Part shown: piece by piece, positions 25,265-39,065 of the stretch
Position numbering within the stretch: position 1 is the first letter of the stretch
Layout of the letters: every line of letters begins with the position of its first letter
NCBI RefSeq assembly: GCF_009914755.1
Contig: NC_060935.1
Direction: 5' to 3' (one strand)
Length of the DNA stretch: 64,000 nt
Source of the DNA: the human T2T-CHM13v2.0 reference genome, Homo sapiens
Notes under the pieces: model-generated
Told to the model about the DNA's origin: nothing
Databases searched by the model: none
The model's input: the letters and a program-made list of their open reading frames with translations, nothing else
Made by a program: the position numbers and the translations under genes

Positions 25265-25910
25265 TCTCTTATCCAACAAACATTACCTGAATATCTATCA
25301 TGATCAAGACCATATAATAGGAACTATGGGAAAAACAAAAATTAGCAAGATGTAATCCATGTCATCAGAGCTCCCATAAAATAAAGTTGCAGAGGAAGAG
25401 AGAACAGACATTTATACCATGAACTCTAATCAAAGACAGAATTAAATTAGAGCAATAATAAGATATAAGCAATATGTTATAAGGGTTAGGGGTACTAGGT
25501 AGACTGTGGACATCAGAGGAGTTATTACAATGGGCTAAAGAATGAGAAAGATTTCAGTAGACCCACAAAGGCTAGGAAGGGCATTGCAGTCAAAAACACA
25601 GATGTAAGGGAGAAAATGCATGTTGAATTTAAGGAATAATGAGATGTCCAGTGGACTGAGACATCACCCAGTATACATAGAGGGATGTAACATGATATGA
25701 GGTTGGAATGATGGGTTGGAGTCAGATGGTGACAGCCTGAAATCCCTCATGAAGGTGTTTATACTTCATTTTGCAGGTGTTGAGGGGCCATTTAGGGTTT
25801 GTGAATTAGGGAATGACTAGATCTGACTTTGGTTTTTTGGGCAGGAAAAACAAAACAAAACAAAACTACTCTTGCTGTGTGGTGGATTAGGTGAGGAGAG
25901 ACTGCTTAGA
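25265..25910 (-). mobile_element. L2 fragment
   Basis: caacaaacatta..ggaagggcattgcag..gatatgaggttggaa..gtgtttatacttcatttt..gatctgacttt. Confidence 0.7.
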
Positions 25911-27619
25911 GAAAAATTATTCCCCTACCCACCTTTGGGAATGTCTGCCCCGGAGCCTGTCAACTCCTCACTTTTCAAATAAATGGGTCCTCTCCTGAGC
26001 TTCCCAAAATGTCCTGGACTTCCTGGAATTTGATGACCTTCACTGTGCCAATATGAATCATTCTCCACATTTATACTGAGCTGAGAACGTGGAGACAGCA
26101 AAAGAATCCCATTCAATGCCTGGGGAATTATGGGATCTAAAGGTATGTGTCATAATGCTTGGGCGAAGTTGTGGTCCTGGGCAGCTTTTCTACTGAAACT
26201 CACTTAAAAAGTCAGAGCCTGTGGGATTTGACAGATCATCTAGTCCAGTTATAAATACTGGGTCCCACAGAGGTGAAATTATTGCCCAAGACACAAAAAT
26301 TCAGGGCCAGTGCCTAATATCATGGACTGCATCGTCCAGTGTTTATTCACTAATCCAAATCACAGAAGATCCTCCTCACTCAGTAGAGTCTCATATCCAC
26401 ACTAGTTTGGGCCCAGCTCTTGGACTAGAGTGGGCCATGAAAAAATGAACAAGTATTGTTTTTAATAGCTACACCCAAATTCAATCAAAGCTTGCATTTT
26501 TCAGGCCTAATGACATTTGATAATCATTAGCACATTTCCTGTCAAATTACAGAATCATAGTCTCATAAAGACTTTACAGGTCATCTAGTCCAATTATACA
26601 GTGTTCAGAATTCTATAACTTGACTTTGTGAAAGGTATAAGCATTTGAGTTAATTGTTGCCTTGGGCCAAAGAATAATACAATGTATTAGTTACATAATT
26701 TATTCACTCATAAAAGGTGGAGGGAGAGGTATCAAAATAGACCCAATCCTCAAGATGCTTGCAGTCTAGTAAAATACCTGTATATTTCCTTAATTCTTTC
26801 CTCTATTGCCCTCAACATCCTTGTTATTGATTTAGCCTGCTTGGCAATTTTAGCACTTTGTCCTGAATTTGTTCAACAGCCTGAATTTGACTGTAGGAGG
26901 AAGTAAAAAGAACGCTATATGCGGTATGGAAATACCTCTCAGCTGCGTTTTCTCCACCCCACAGCATGCAGCCCACCTAGTGCAAGCATCTGCTGAAGCC
27001 CAAATTGTCATTCTGCTGGCTGTGTTTGCTGGAGAAACTTCCCCCAGCCAGGACCAGTAATCACTGACAGGCAATATGGAGACCCTTGACAGGGGCTGGA
27101 AATAAATTGCCTTGGTGAAAAACAAACCAAACCTTAGCCATAAATTACTCTGACAATAGCAAGTGGAGAAAACCTGGTTCACATAAAGATCTGTTTGCCC
27201 CATGTTAGAGTGTCCCATCTTCCTGGGGCTAAACCCCTGGAGTGAGTCAACCACTCTTACCACGGGCAGACTTTCTGCTCTTTGAGTGCCTTTTCACTCT
27301 TCAAGTACATACTGGCTGAGACAGTGTGTACGCTCCAAAGATAGAGCAAGCACTTTAATAATAGTAATAAGCTTGAGCAAAACACTTTTCTGTTTACAAA
27401 GTTCTTTCTCATTTATCATGTTCTCACTGTGGGGAGTAGGAAATAACTTGCAGTTGAGGACAGGATGTGATCAAGGTGTCTCTGCTTCTCATCCACCATG
27501 TGATACCAAATTCCACTTTCACAAAGTTTTAGATCATTAGTCACTTGCTGCACAAAACAGTTGTGCAAAGCTAGTCAACTTAGAGAAACCCAAGCATCTT
27601 ACGATCTGTAACTCCAGGG

Positions 27620-28248
27620 CCGTGCTATCCAGTGCAATAGCCACTAGCCATCTGTGCCTGCTGAGCACTTGAAATGGGGCCAGGGTGAATTGAGAGGTGC
27701 TTGGACGTATAAAATGCATACCAGATTTTGAAGATTTAGCATGAAAAAAATTTAAATAATATATCCTTAATAGTTTTATATTGATTATTTTTCATATTGA
27801 AAAAATAGTTTAGACATATTGAATTGAATAAAATATATTATTAAAATTAACCAAGTGTGGTGGTTCATGCCTGTAATCCCAATGCTTTGGGAGGCTGAGG
27901 TGGGAAGATTGCTTGAGGCTAGGTGGACAAGACCAGCATGGGTAACATAGTTAGACCCTGTCTCTACAAACAGCTAAAAAATTAGTTGAGTGTGATGATG
28001 TGCATCTATGGTCCTAGCTACTTAGGAGGCTGAGGCAGGAGGATAGCTTGAGCCCAGGAGTTCAAGGCTGCAGTGAGCTATCATCACGCCAATGCATTCT
28101 AGCCTGGGTCACAGAGTGAGACCCTGTTTCAAAATAAATAAATAAGGCTAATTTTACTGTTTCTTTTTACATTTTGAAATGTGACAACCAGACAACTTAA
28201 AGTTACATATGTGGCTTGCATATATAATATTGCTATTGAGCGGCACTT
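27620..28248. mobile_element. MER33-like hAT-Charlie element split by AluJ
   Basis: gtgctatcca..tagccactagcca..gagcacttgaaat..ttacatatgtggcttgcat..; degenerate 8-bp TSD ctccaggg/ctctaaag. Confidence 0.85.
27850..28146 (+). mobile_element. AluJ
   Basis: J-type ttgagcccaggagttcaaggctgcagtgagcta; (AAAT)n tail. Confidence 0.95.
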
Positions 28249-28869
28249 CTCTAAAGAACTGTCTGGAAGTGAGCTAGTTCTAGCCTCCTTAACTCCTCTT
28301 TAATTGTTAAAAAGACATGATTCTCCCCAGCACGATGGTGTTAGAATCACTTTAAAAGGATCTAGGAAATAGACGGGCCTTGTCCAAATGAAGTCTTGAC
28401 TGTTCTTGTTCCCTAGATTGGGAATGAACTCCAAGGCTCCGAGGGAGAAAGGAATAGACCCTTTTCCAGGGAAAGAGTCCTCTGTGAATGTCACTGCCTT
28501 GAAAAAAAAAAAAAGCCATACATGAGCTATTAAAGGCTCTTCATATCATCAAAGAAAAAGAAAATATGGCAGCCACATATGACTACAAGACTAAAATCTG
28601 AGTGAGCGAGGAAGTCAGCCAGCTCTGTGATCACCAGGACATCCAGGAATTGATCTCTGGTCCAAGTTACCCAGCCTAAGAAACATGCAACTGGGAAAAC
28701 TAGGAAAGAGCCTTCCTCTGGACATCTTTATGTTACGACAAGTCTCTTGGGCCAGCTCAGATGAGGTCATTCATAAGCAGTCCTTGGCACTAGACCTTGT
28801 TTAATTCCATGGCTCTGTAGGTCTTCCTTCATAAACTGCTCTTTCTGTGTCTACCCATTCCCCAGTCAG

Positions 28870-29740
<871 letters not shown>

Positions 29741-29926
29741 GAAGTTCTGTAATGTCTATCATCATTTTTAGTCCTGTCATTACTTTCCCAGGCAAACATG
29801 TATCACCTGGTACTAGGAACACCCCAGTAGCATCACACATTATCTCTACGGCATGCACACCTTTCTCAGTCTCATTCAACCAAGCCTCTTTCTATGCCTC
29901 CTTTCACAAATCCTCTAGATACTTGC

Positions 29927-30298
29927 TGCTATGGTTTGAATGTTTTTGTCTCTTCAAAATTCATGCTGAAACTGAGTTTCCAGTGCAATGGGAATAAGAG
30001 GTGGGGCCTTTAGGAGATGATTAAGTCATGAGAGTTCTGCCCTCATGAATGGGATTAGTGCCTTACAAAAGGCATGAAAGTGGCTTTTTTGCCACTTCTG
30101 CCATGTGAGGACACAACATTCATCCTCTCTGCAGGACACAAAAACAAGACGCTATCTTGGAAGCAGAGAGCAAGCAAGTCTAGCAGTGCCTTGATCTTAG
30201 ACTTCTCAGCCTCCAGAACTGAGAGATATAAATTTGTATTATATATAAATGACCCAGTCTAAGATATTTTGTTGTAGCAGCAGAAATGGATGAAGATG
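29927..30298 (+). mobile_element. MaLR solo LTR (MSTD-like)
   Basis: tgctatggtttgaatg..gccctcatgaatgggattagtgcc..gcctccagaactg; exact 5-bp TSD CTTGC. Confidence 0.9.
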
Positions 30299-31311
30299 CT
30301 TGCCAACCAAAGTTAGTAATATGTAAACCTATGGCTAATGCTACAAATAGTTTATGAGGGAATGCTCTACAAGTCTCAGAAGTACAGCTCTTTTACTATG
30401 GAATATTTAGTTATAAGCCTGCAGGTAATGGAGAATCATTGTAAGCTCTTTAGTAAGAGAGAGGTGTGATAAAAAGTGATGCTTTAACTATTTATTCTTT
30501 TCAATTCTTCAGGGCAATTTTCTCAGAATCAATTTAGGTAGTCATAAAACAAACCAGTTGGTTTACATTATCTCAGATGTTGCAGGAATGACTTCAATGA
30601 ATTACAGTTTGATTGTAAACATGAAGCATTTTTGCAAAGACCTTTATAAGGATCATCTATCTGATGTCTTTCACGACATTTAAAACTTTGTGTCTTTCAC
30701 AACATTTAAAACTTCTTTGTCTGGTCACCAATGAATTATAAAATAGCCTACATGATTTTTCCTACCTTAAAAAAATAGTATTTTTTTTCTTCTGCAAAGG
30801 AACAATTTAGCATTTTTTTTAAATCAGGGGATGGCAACAATACAATCTATTTATTTTATGCTTTAAGTGTCAGAAACACTTAATTCAGTGCCCTATGATG
30901 GTATTGAACTTACTACCTATATCTTGTAACATTCATTCTTCTGCTTCATTTGTGGGTTCTGTCTCCTTTTTGTTATTAATTTACTGGCCTCACAAACTTT
31001 TAAAAGTGCATGGGGTTTAGATAATATTTTTTGGCAAAATTCTCAATCTTAATCGCAGGATGTTTTGCAATCTGCCCCCAGAGCGTCTTTTGGGGTTTAG
31101 GTTGGCTAAATCCTTATTCATACTTGGTTCCAGGGCTGCTTTTAAACCAGCTAAATGAACTCATTCTTGAAACTCGTCTCACACTTTTCAGCCTCTGTGC
31201 CTTTATGCACGCTCTTCCCCCAACTGGAAACATTCTTTAACTCCTCTGCACTCATTAATATATCAAGCACCATTTTTTTGAAAAAAAAAAAAAGAAAAAA
31301 AAAGAGCTAAG

Positions 31312-32140
31312 CTTCTTATTGTAAAATAATTTTAGATTTATAGAACATTTACAAAGATTATTCTTATATATCCTGTGCTCAGCTTCCCTCTAATATTAAT
31401 ATCTTACATAACATCTTACATTAATCAAAACTAAGAAAATAGAATAGAGAACCCAAAATTAGATCCCTAGTTATAGGGAAATTTGTTATGCCCTATGTCA
31501 GTAATTCTAAGAAGCACCTTTGTTTTATCTTTGAAATACAAATCCATCTATAATTTTTTTAAAAAACTTAGAAAATAACAACAGATCAATACCAACAACT
31601 AAACCACTTTCTTAATATTTCTCCAGTTTTTCTACTAATGTCCTGTTCCAGAATATTAGATTGTATCAATCACCATGTGTCCCCAGTCTCCCCAGTCTGG
31701 ACAGTGTCTTGGTCTTTTCTTGTCTCTCATAACTTTGACCCTTTTGAAAAGTAGTGGTCAGGTATTTTGTACAACCTACTTCAATCTAGAAGTACCATGA
31801 CTGATGGTCTCATGTTTAGAATGAAGTTATGGATTGAGGGGAAGGAATGCCACCTAGGCAAATGCCTTTCTCATAGCGTCATTCAGCATGATACCAATAT
31901 GACTCCTTGCTGGTGACGTTAACCTTGATCTCTTGGTTAAGACGGTGTCTGTCAGTTTGTTACTGTGTTTTTTCTTCCCAATACTGTGTTCAGAGAAGCA
32001 TGACACTAAGTCTAGCTTATACTCAAGGGATGGAACATTAATTTCTACCACCTGGAGGGAGGAGTATCAAAGGATTTGTGGACATATGTTAAAACAACAC
32101 AGTAATTAATAAATATTGGGGAGGAGATCCTTTGAGGCTA
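31312..32140 (-). mobile_element. L1MC-type 3' end containing a ~120-bp insertion
   Basis: aataattttagatttatagaa..ggtcaggtattttgta..gttaaccttgatc..gatcctttgaggcta. Confidence 0.8.
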
Positions 32141-32421
32141 CCAAGCATTATTTTAACTCTAAATCAAGTCCTTCTTCCTCCAGGCAGATATTCTAACAAT
32201 AAAGATTTCCATCCTCTGATTTTCTCACACACAGTTTGTGTAATATATCCACAAATCTCTATCTTTGTTCATTCATCATGATCTACCTGGCAATCCATTC
32301 CCTTTTACGTCATACTTGAATGACTACACCCAGAATTTTTAGGTAAATTCTTCCCCTCACTAATCAGGACACATCAAACCTGACTGTTAACCTCTCATTT
32401 CACAATTAATCATGTATATCC

Positions 32422-32470
32422 TGTGTGTGCATGTGTGCATGTGTGCATGCACGTGCTTGTGTGTGTGTAT
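32422..32470. repeat. (TG)/(TGCA) alternating purine-pyrimidine tract
   Basis: tgtgtgtgcatgtgtgcatgtgtgcatgcacgtgc, 35 bp of perfect RY alternation. Confidence 0.9.
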
Positions 32471-33714
32471 AGTTATTCAAATCTTGCATTCTATTTAGGT
32501 GTAAGAGTTGTCATGGATGTCAGAGTCATCTAGACTTGCATTTGAAACTCAGATCTGCTAAATATAGCTATGAGATATATTGAACAAGTCATTTTTGTAT
32601 TTTCAAACCTAGATTTATTATACCTACAGATCGAGACTGTTGTGAGGATTAAGTTAATTGATAGAGGCAAAGCTCCAGGATGAGCATCCAGCACGCAGAG
32701 GGAGCGTATTAACTGTGGTTTCTTTACCATGACCAACCACACTTATATTCACAAACCTTGACCTGTCAATGTTTTCATTTATCTCCTGTAGCTATTGGTT
32801 TCCACTCTATAGTTTGTGGGGGCCTTAAGTGGTACTTGAGGAAAACAGATGGATGGGTCCCCAGGCCCATCTATCTTTGCATCTTTCATAATAGTCTGCT
32901 TTGATCTATTCTATATATTATTTTTAGCATGAGATTTTAGTTTGAAAAATGAGTTCTAAAACTTAATTTTTAACAAACCTACACTATACATTTCTTCAGG
33001 TGACAGATAATTTCTTATACTTTTTTGTCATTCCCCAGTGCAGACCATGAGATTGTATATGAAATTGATGTCCAATAAATGTCCAACTAGTGATGGAACG
33101 AAAAGCTCCTTGTGGCTCTTAGTCTTGCAGCAGAATCTGAGGCATTTTTTCCACCTATTGTGGTTATTCCAAATGACACATGACTTGCCCCCAAATGGCC
33201 ATCTACTCTTCTTATAAAAAAACCAACGCTATAAATTGCTTTCTCATAGACCCAATAAATATGGGGCTCTTGGAATGGATTAAAATATGTTATTGACTTT
33301 CTGAGTATATTCTAATGACAGAGAAGTTGCTCTTGAAATCTTTTGGGAGTTTATTAAGGTTCATAACAATTCTTGTATTTCTCTGCAGAGTTGGAGATTA
33401 TATTTACACACACATGCAAGTGCAGTGACAAACATTCAAAAGTTTAAATACCAAATTTTAGTAGTATTTTTCAGTGGTAGAATTATGCATGCTTCTTATG
33501 TTTTCCTTTTTGTATATCTGCATTTCATAAGCTTGTTTGTTATAAAATTTAATCAAATGTATTTTACTGAGAAACTGTATGCAAAAAAAAGGAGAGCGAG
33601 AAAAACAAGGTGGGAGAGAGAAAAAGAGCAAGTGAGCGAGAGAGAGAGGAAGAGAATGAAAAGGAGTAAATATTGAAATCTGCATTTGAATTTCTTAATA
33701 GATTTTCTCTGCAG

Positions 33715-33811
33715 TCATTCTTGAATTGCTGTTACCCAAAGCGCTTTGTGCTTCCATTTTCTGGTGACAATGCCATCTGTGGCTTCTCTGTATCTGTAGT
33801 AGAAAGGCATG
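33715..33811 (+). other. Candidate 97-bp exon
   Basis: attttctctgcag|TCATT...GCATG|gtaagt in non-repetitive sequence. Confidence 0.3.
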
Positions 33812-34659
33812 GTAAGTCAATGTCCATAGCGTGCCTCAAGGATTACAAAAGCCATCATCGAAAAGCAGTTATGTTCTTAATGAACATTCCCCTGAAAAGG
33901 AGCAAACCTGAAGCCTGAGGCTATTGCATATTCTGACTTTTTAGATATTGTCATTTTTAAGACAATAGAGTCAAATAACTCTAGCACAGGGATGCAGAAA
34001 AGATAATATCTGTTCTACTCTACACCTCTTAAGACACCTGAAGTTCAGAGAGGGGATGTGATTTACCCAAAATGATCCACCTCTTCCTATGAGAGCTCCT
34101 TCTCCACCTTTTCCTGGCTTCCTTGCTCAATGGCAACAACTCTGTATTCTCAGTTTTCTCGTTAGTCAGTTTTCAGAAGCTGTGTTTGTACTACATTATC
34201 CAGATAAATAGGACCAAAAGCAAAAATACCTTGGAAACAAAGCTGCATCTCATTTCTACTGCCATAGCTACCTTGCTTAATGACCTAAATACACCATCAC
34301 TTAGGTCAGGATATTGTTTATTCAGGGAAGAGAGTGTTATTGAAAAGAAGTGAGCACCATCCATGCAGGGAAACACTGCTCTTAACACACTACCAGCGGA
34401 GATGTCAGGGGATGGGGAGAAAGGGAGTAGTAGAGTGTCGGATAGCAAGTTAGGAGAACTCAAGAGACTTTTCATATTTAAGACACAGAAAGAAAAATTT
34501 GCAGTCTCCAATCTGCTCAGTTCACCCAGGCTATCAAGAGCAGGCCAAAGCCAAGGGGTCGCCCATTGGGCTTTGTCCTTTTGAAATAAATCCCAGCTGC
34601 ATTGTTTTAACAGTCCAGGCCTGGGCTGCCAGACTTACACTGATTTTTATTAACTGAAG

Positions 34660-35428
34660 CTTGTTGGTTTCCTACAGTTGCTATAACAAATTACCATGAA
34701 CTGGATGGCTTAAGACAATGGAAATTTATTCTCTCACAGTTTTGATGGTTAGGAGTCCAAAATCCAGGTTTGAGGAGGGTTGATTTCTTTTGAGGGCACT
34801 GAGAAAGAACCTGTTCCATGCCCCTCTCCCAGCTTCTGGCTGTTGCCAGCAATCCTTGGTATTCTTTGGCTTGTAGATGGATCATGCCAACCTCTGTCTC
34901 TGTCATCACATGGTTCTCCTCACATCTGTCTGTCTGTCTCTCCTCTTCTTTTTGTTTTGTTTTGTTTTGAGACAAAGTCTCACTCTGTCGCCCAGGCTGG
35001 AGTGCAGTAGCACCATCTCTGCTCACCGCAACCTCCGCCTCCTGGTTCAAGCAATTCTCCTACCTCAGCCCCCCGAGTAGCTGGGATTACAGGCACACAC
35101 CACTGCACCCGGCTAATTTTTTGTATTTTTAGTAGAGACAGTGTTTCACCATGTTGGCTAGGCTTGTCTTGAACTCCTGACCTCAGGTAATCTGCCTGCC
35201 TTGGCCTCCCAAAGTGCTAGGATTACAGGCATGAGCCGCCGCACCCAGCCCTCTTCTTGTTATAAGGACATCATTCATATTGGATTAAGGTCCCACCCTA
35301 CCCCAGTATCACCTCATATTAATACTTATATTTGCAATTACCCTATTTCCCAACAAGGTCACCTCCTGAGGTCCTGAAGGTTAGGACTTCAACACATTTT
35401 CTTGGGGGACAAAATTCAGCCCATAACA
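34660..35428 (-). mobile_element. MaLR solo LTR (MLT1B/C-like) split by Alu
   Basis: gctataacaaattacca..aaatttattctctcacagtt..ggttaggacttcaaca..attcagcccataaca. Confidence 0.9.
34951..35250 (-). mobile_element. AluSx-like
   Basis: (TTTTG)n tail, both arms; TSD CTCTTCTT at 34943-34950 and 35251-35258. Confidence 0.97.
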
Positions 35429-35909
35429 GGGAGCAATGGGCTTAAGTGAGCAATGGGCTTGCTTCCTTAATTGAGAAGAGGGTTGTGTCCAGTTGGAATG
35501 ATCAAATGTGGCACTTTTGACATTGATTTGTGAGTCAGTGCTCCATGAGATATAAGGAAAGGGCAGTAAAGGGAATGCTCAGGGCATTTAAGAGAAGGTA
35601 AGGATAAATCCATAGTGGCTGAGCTGTGAGTCTGGGCAAAGCTAATGGTTGGAGCAGGTGAGCCACCCCAGCAGTAGTTCCTGAGGCTCAGACACACCTC
35701 AAGAGGAGAGTTGGTTGCTGGAAGACCAAGTAGGCCCATGGAATGGAGGAACTTAAGTTCATCTGTGGAAATATTTAAATGGTTGGGATCAGCTGCCCTC
35801 AAGATTGATAACTCTAGCCTATGCCTGCCTGTTTGCCATTATCTTTTGAGAATTCCTGCAAATATATATGAAGGTCGCCATGCTACCCTTCTTCCATGAC
35901 TCATTAGAG

Positions 35910-36505
35910 CAAGGGTTGCAAATGAAAAGACCTACAGGAGCCAGGAAATAAGAGAAATGAGTGAAGTGGGCTGGGTATAGAATTCTGAAAGTCCATAGAT
36001 TTTTAGTAATTAATTGGTACTGGGCCTCACTCCTAGAGAGGATTAAGGGAGTGTTAGAGATTGTATCAAACTAAAGAGTATATGCACCATCTGCAGAAAG
36101 AGCCACTTGGCTAGAACTGCCATGGGTAACGGTGCATGATTGCAATTACCCTATTTCCCAAGCAACTGTGCACAAGGGCTTTGGCTATGGAATCAAAAAA
36201 GCAAGTGAAATTCAGCTTGCTCTCTTCTCACCAAGCTGTGACCCCACTGGCCTCCCTCAGCCCAGTGGGGCACCTTTTTTATAATTTGTGCAAAAGTGCA
36301 ATGTAGGCAGAGGGCAGCCCTGGCTCCAGTTCATTGTTCGCAGCCTAGAGTGTAGGCTATGTATTTCTAGATGTTTGGATTTTTGAAAAGAAACTGGAAA
36401 TATGCATCTTCATGTGTGATCTCCTAATTTTTAAATGTTGGCTCAAATGTTGAAACCCCCTGCACGGGCCAGTGAATCCATGCCATCAGCTCTGTACTGA
36501 CACTA
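35910..36505 (+). mobile_element. MER102-like hAT element interrupted by MER91-like element
   Basis: caagggttgcaaa..cctacaggagccagg..gagtgaagtgggctgggt and atctcctaatttttaaatgttggc. Confidence 0.7.
36111..36322. mobile_element. MER91-like hAT-Tip100 MITE
   Basis: tgcacaagggc..taatttgtgcaaaag..ggcagccctg. Confidence 0.6.
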
Positions 36506-36699
36506 TGTGAGTCTTTTGTGGTAGGAAAAGTGGGGGCGGGGGTGGCATAACACCAACATACAAGCTTGTTGTTAGAGGGCTACAGGTGAGGGTATTGATA
36601 ACCCTTGCCTCCTAGAGAATTTCAGGATTAGTTACAGTAGCCCAGGGCCCAGTCAGCCCTAGCCTGACCTATCAAAGCAACCCCTTTTGAACATCTTCT

Positions 36700-37225
36700 G
36701 AGTGTGAATTTCTAGTGTGAATGTTTGTGAATTACTAGCTATATCACCTTGGGCAAGTCATTTGACTTTTCTAAATATTTGTTTTATTTCAGCATCAAAG
36801 AAAACTCTTTTGGAAGCTTCTTACCATGATTAAATAAGATAAATCTATGAATCACCTGGCATGGCTGTTATCCAATACAGCATTCGCTATTATTTTCAAG
36901 ACTTGGCTTTGAGAGCGCACTGGTACCTTCTTCACAAGGATGGGCTGCAGCTGCACTCTTATTCTTTTCCCAATCAGATTATCCTCTTGAGAAACAAAGC
37001 CTAACAGTCCTACCAATGATCATTGCAGCATTCACCTGTGGGGAACAGTAACCTTCATCATCACCTACTATTTACAAGCATGACATAAATAGTTATATTA
37101 AATATCATGAAGGGAACTTGAAGATGATCTGCATCAATTTCCTCATTTGCCAGATGAGAAAACAAAGCCTCACAGAGAAAAAATACTCATCCATTGCCAC
37201 ACAGCTAAATATTAACAGAACATGA
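36700..37225. mobile_element. Two MIR fragments in opposite orientations
   Basis: accttgggcaagtcattt; cctcatttgccagatgagaaaac..ccacacagcta. Confidence 0.65.
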
Positions 37226-38902
37226 AATGCAGTTTATATTTGTGTTTTTAACTTTGAGCTTAAAAGAAGTTTATGCTTTTAAATGAAACTTTAAACATTG
37301 TAGATATTATTTCAAGCAACACTAAGTAATAAATGTGTTCTTACTTGATTTGACAGTGAAATACAAATTTTCCAATCTGAAATAAAATGTAAACATAAAA
37401 ATATGTGGCCCAAACCCCACCCCTCATTCTCCACCCCACCTTTGAAGGAAATAGATTGTATTGGAAACATCTTGCATTGGGATGTAATAAAAGTTTATAT
37501 TTAGCTTTCTTAAGTGGAGGGTTTGCTTTGATCTCTTTTGGGGGGGAACCTGGGAACAATGTGCTTGTACCTTCCATATGGACATGTTGTGAGGATTAAA
37601 TGATCAGTGCCTGGTACTCCATTAGTCCTCATTCCATGGTAGCTTTGATTCTCTTTCTTATTTCTGCACACTGTGCTCTATGCCCCATTCCTGGCCAGAA
37701 AAGGTATTACGGATGCTATACTTACATACTATGCTATGAGCCTTTTGGGGCCAAATCAGTGTGTTTTATTTTGTTTAGATCTGGAAGCTAGTACAAGACA
37801 TCATCATGAACACACTAAGTAAAAGTTTATTAAATTTAATTGATTTATTATGCTGCATTCCACTGTAAGAATTCAGATTGTACTCAGAGCACAAATTCAT
37901 TTACGCATTTGTTTGTTGGTATGTTTATATCCCTACCACATGCTACAAAGGATTAAGACTACTCACACCAAAAATATAAATATTATTCTCAAGAAACTCA
38001 AGTTGTTGTTGCTTAAATAAAAGACCAGAATAAAACACTAGCATGTAATTTATGAAATAACTGCCTCCTTGCACTCTGAGGACTGGTATACTTACTGGGC
38101 TTCTCTCAGATGACAGCTCACACACTATATGATGGTTTAAAAGAAGGACTCATGGCCTGGAATCAGGGGACCCAGATCAGGAACTTTGAGCAAGTCAAAG
38201 TTCTTCAGGTCTACTTTGACACAACTAGGGTGATTCTTCACCAAATCTTCTCTAAGGTGCTTGGAGGAGCAAATATTTCAGTGGTGGCTTGTTTTAAATG
38301 TTGCTCCGGTTCTCTTCTAGATAAAATAAATCTTATGACCAGCCCCTATTTGACCAGCCAGTGGGGAATGCTCCCATGCAGGCTCCATCATCCAGAGCAA
38401 TGAGGATTCTTGTTAGCAGGTCTTTTCTCGTAAAGACATTTCAGACGGGAACCACTGCAGTGAAGCCAGGTAGAGGCATGAAGATGGGTGGCAAATGGCT
38501 CTGTAGGTGCCATAAGGGAGAGGTGATGGCTGAGGACCAGGAACCACCTCTGATGCTAATACCCTATAAGCTCCTTCAGAAACACAGACACAACCACTGA
38601 ACTGGCTGATTTACCCTAAATTGATCAAAATTAAGTTTCCTGTCACAAAGGGGAATGAAGAGCCCTACATACACATTAAGTTCAGCTATAGTGAAGGTGA
38701 GCTTTTGTGTTCCTGAGCCTGTGGACTGAAATTTATACAAAGTACATACAATTAGGTAGGTTTAAATTTTTTTTTCTGATTTGTATAGAGACATATGTTC
38801 ATTATAAAAATTTTGTCCATCTTAATTGTAACACCTGTTTAGTGAAAAAAAAATCCTTACATTTACGTAGAACTGTATCATTTCAATTGTGTGTGTGTGT
38901 GT

Positions 38903-39065
38903 TTACTGTCTCATTTAGTCCTAATGATAACTTAGTATGATAGGAATCTAGCCTTATATTATAGATGAGAAAACTGAGGCTTATACAGCATATAAAAATT
39001 ATCTGGGATCACCAGCTACAAATGGGTGGAGCCAGAATTAGAACTCCTGTCTTCCAACTCTAGGG
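38903..39065 (-). mobile_element. MIR
   Basis: atagatgagaaaactgaggct..ggagccagaattagaact. Confidence 0.75.

Noticed and set aside
26850-27263. 137-aa minus-strand ORF
   Set aside because: GTG start, no recognisable domain, length within chance expectation for 64 kb in six frames.
32847-32876. Short hairpin AGATGGATGGG..CCCATCTATCT
   Set aside because: 11-bp imperfect stem is too short for a pre-miRNA and is expected by chance.
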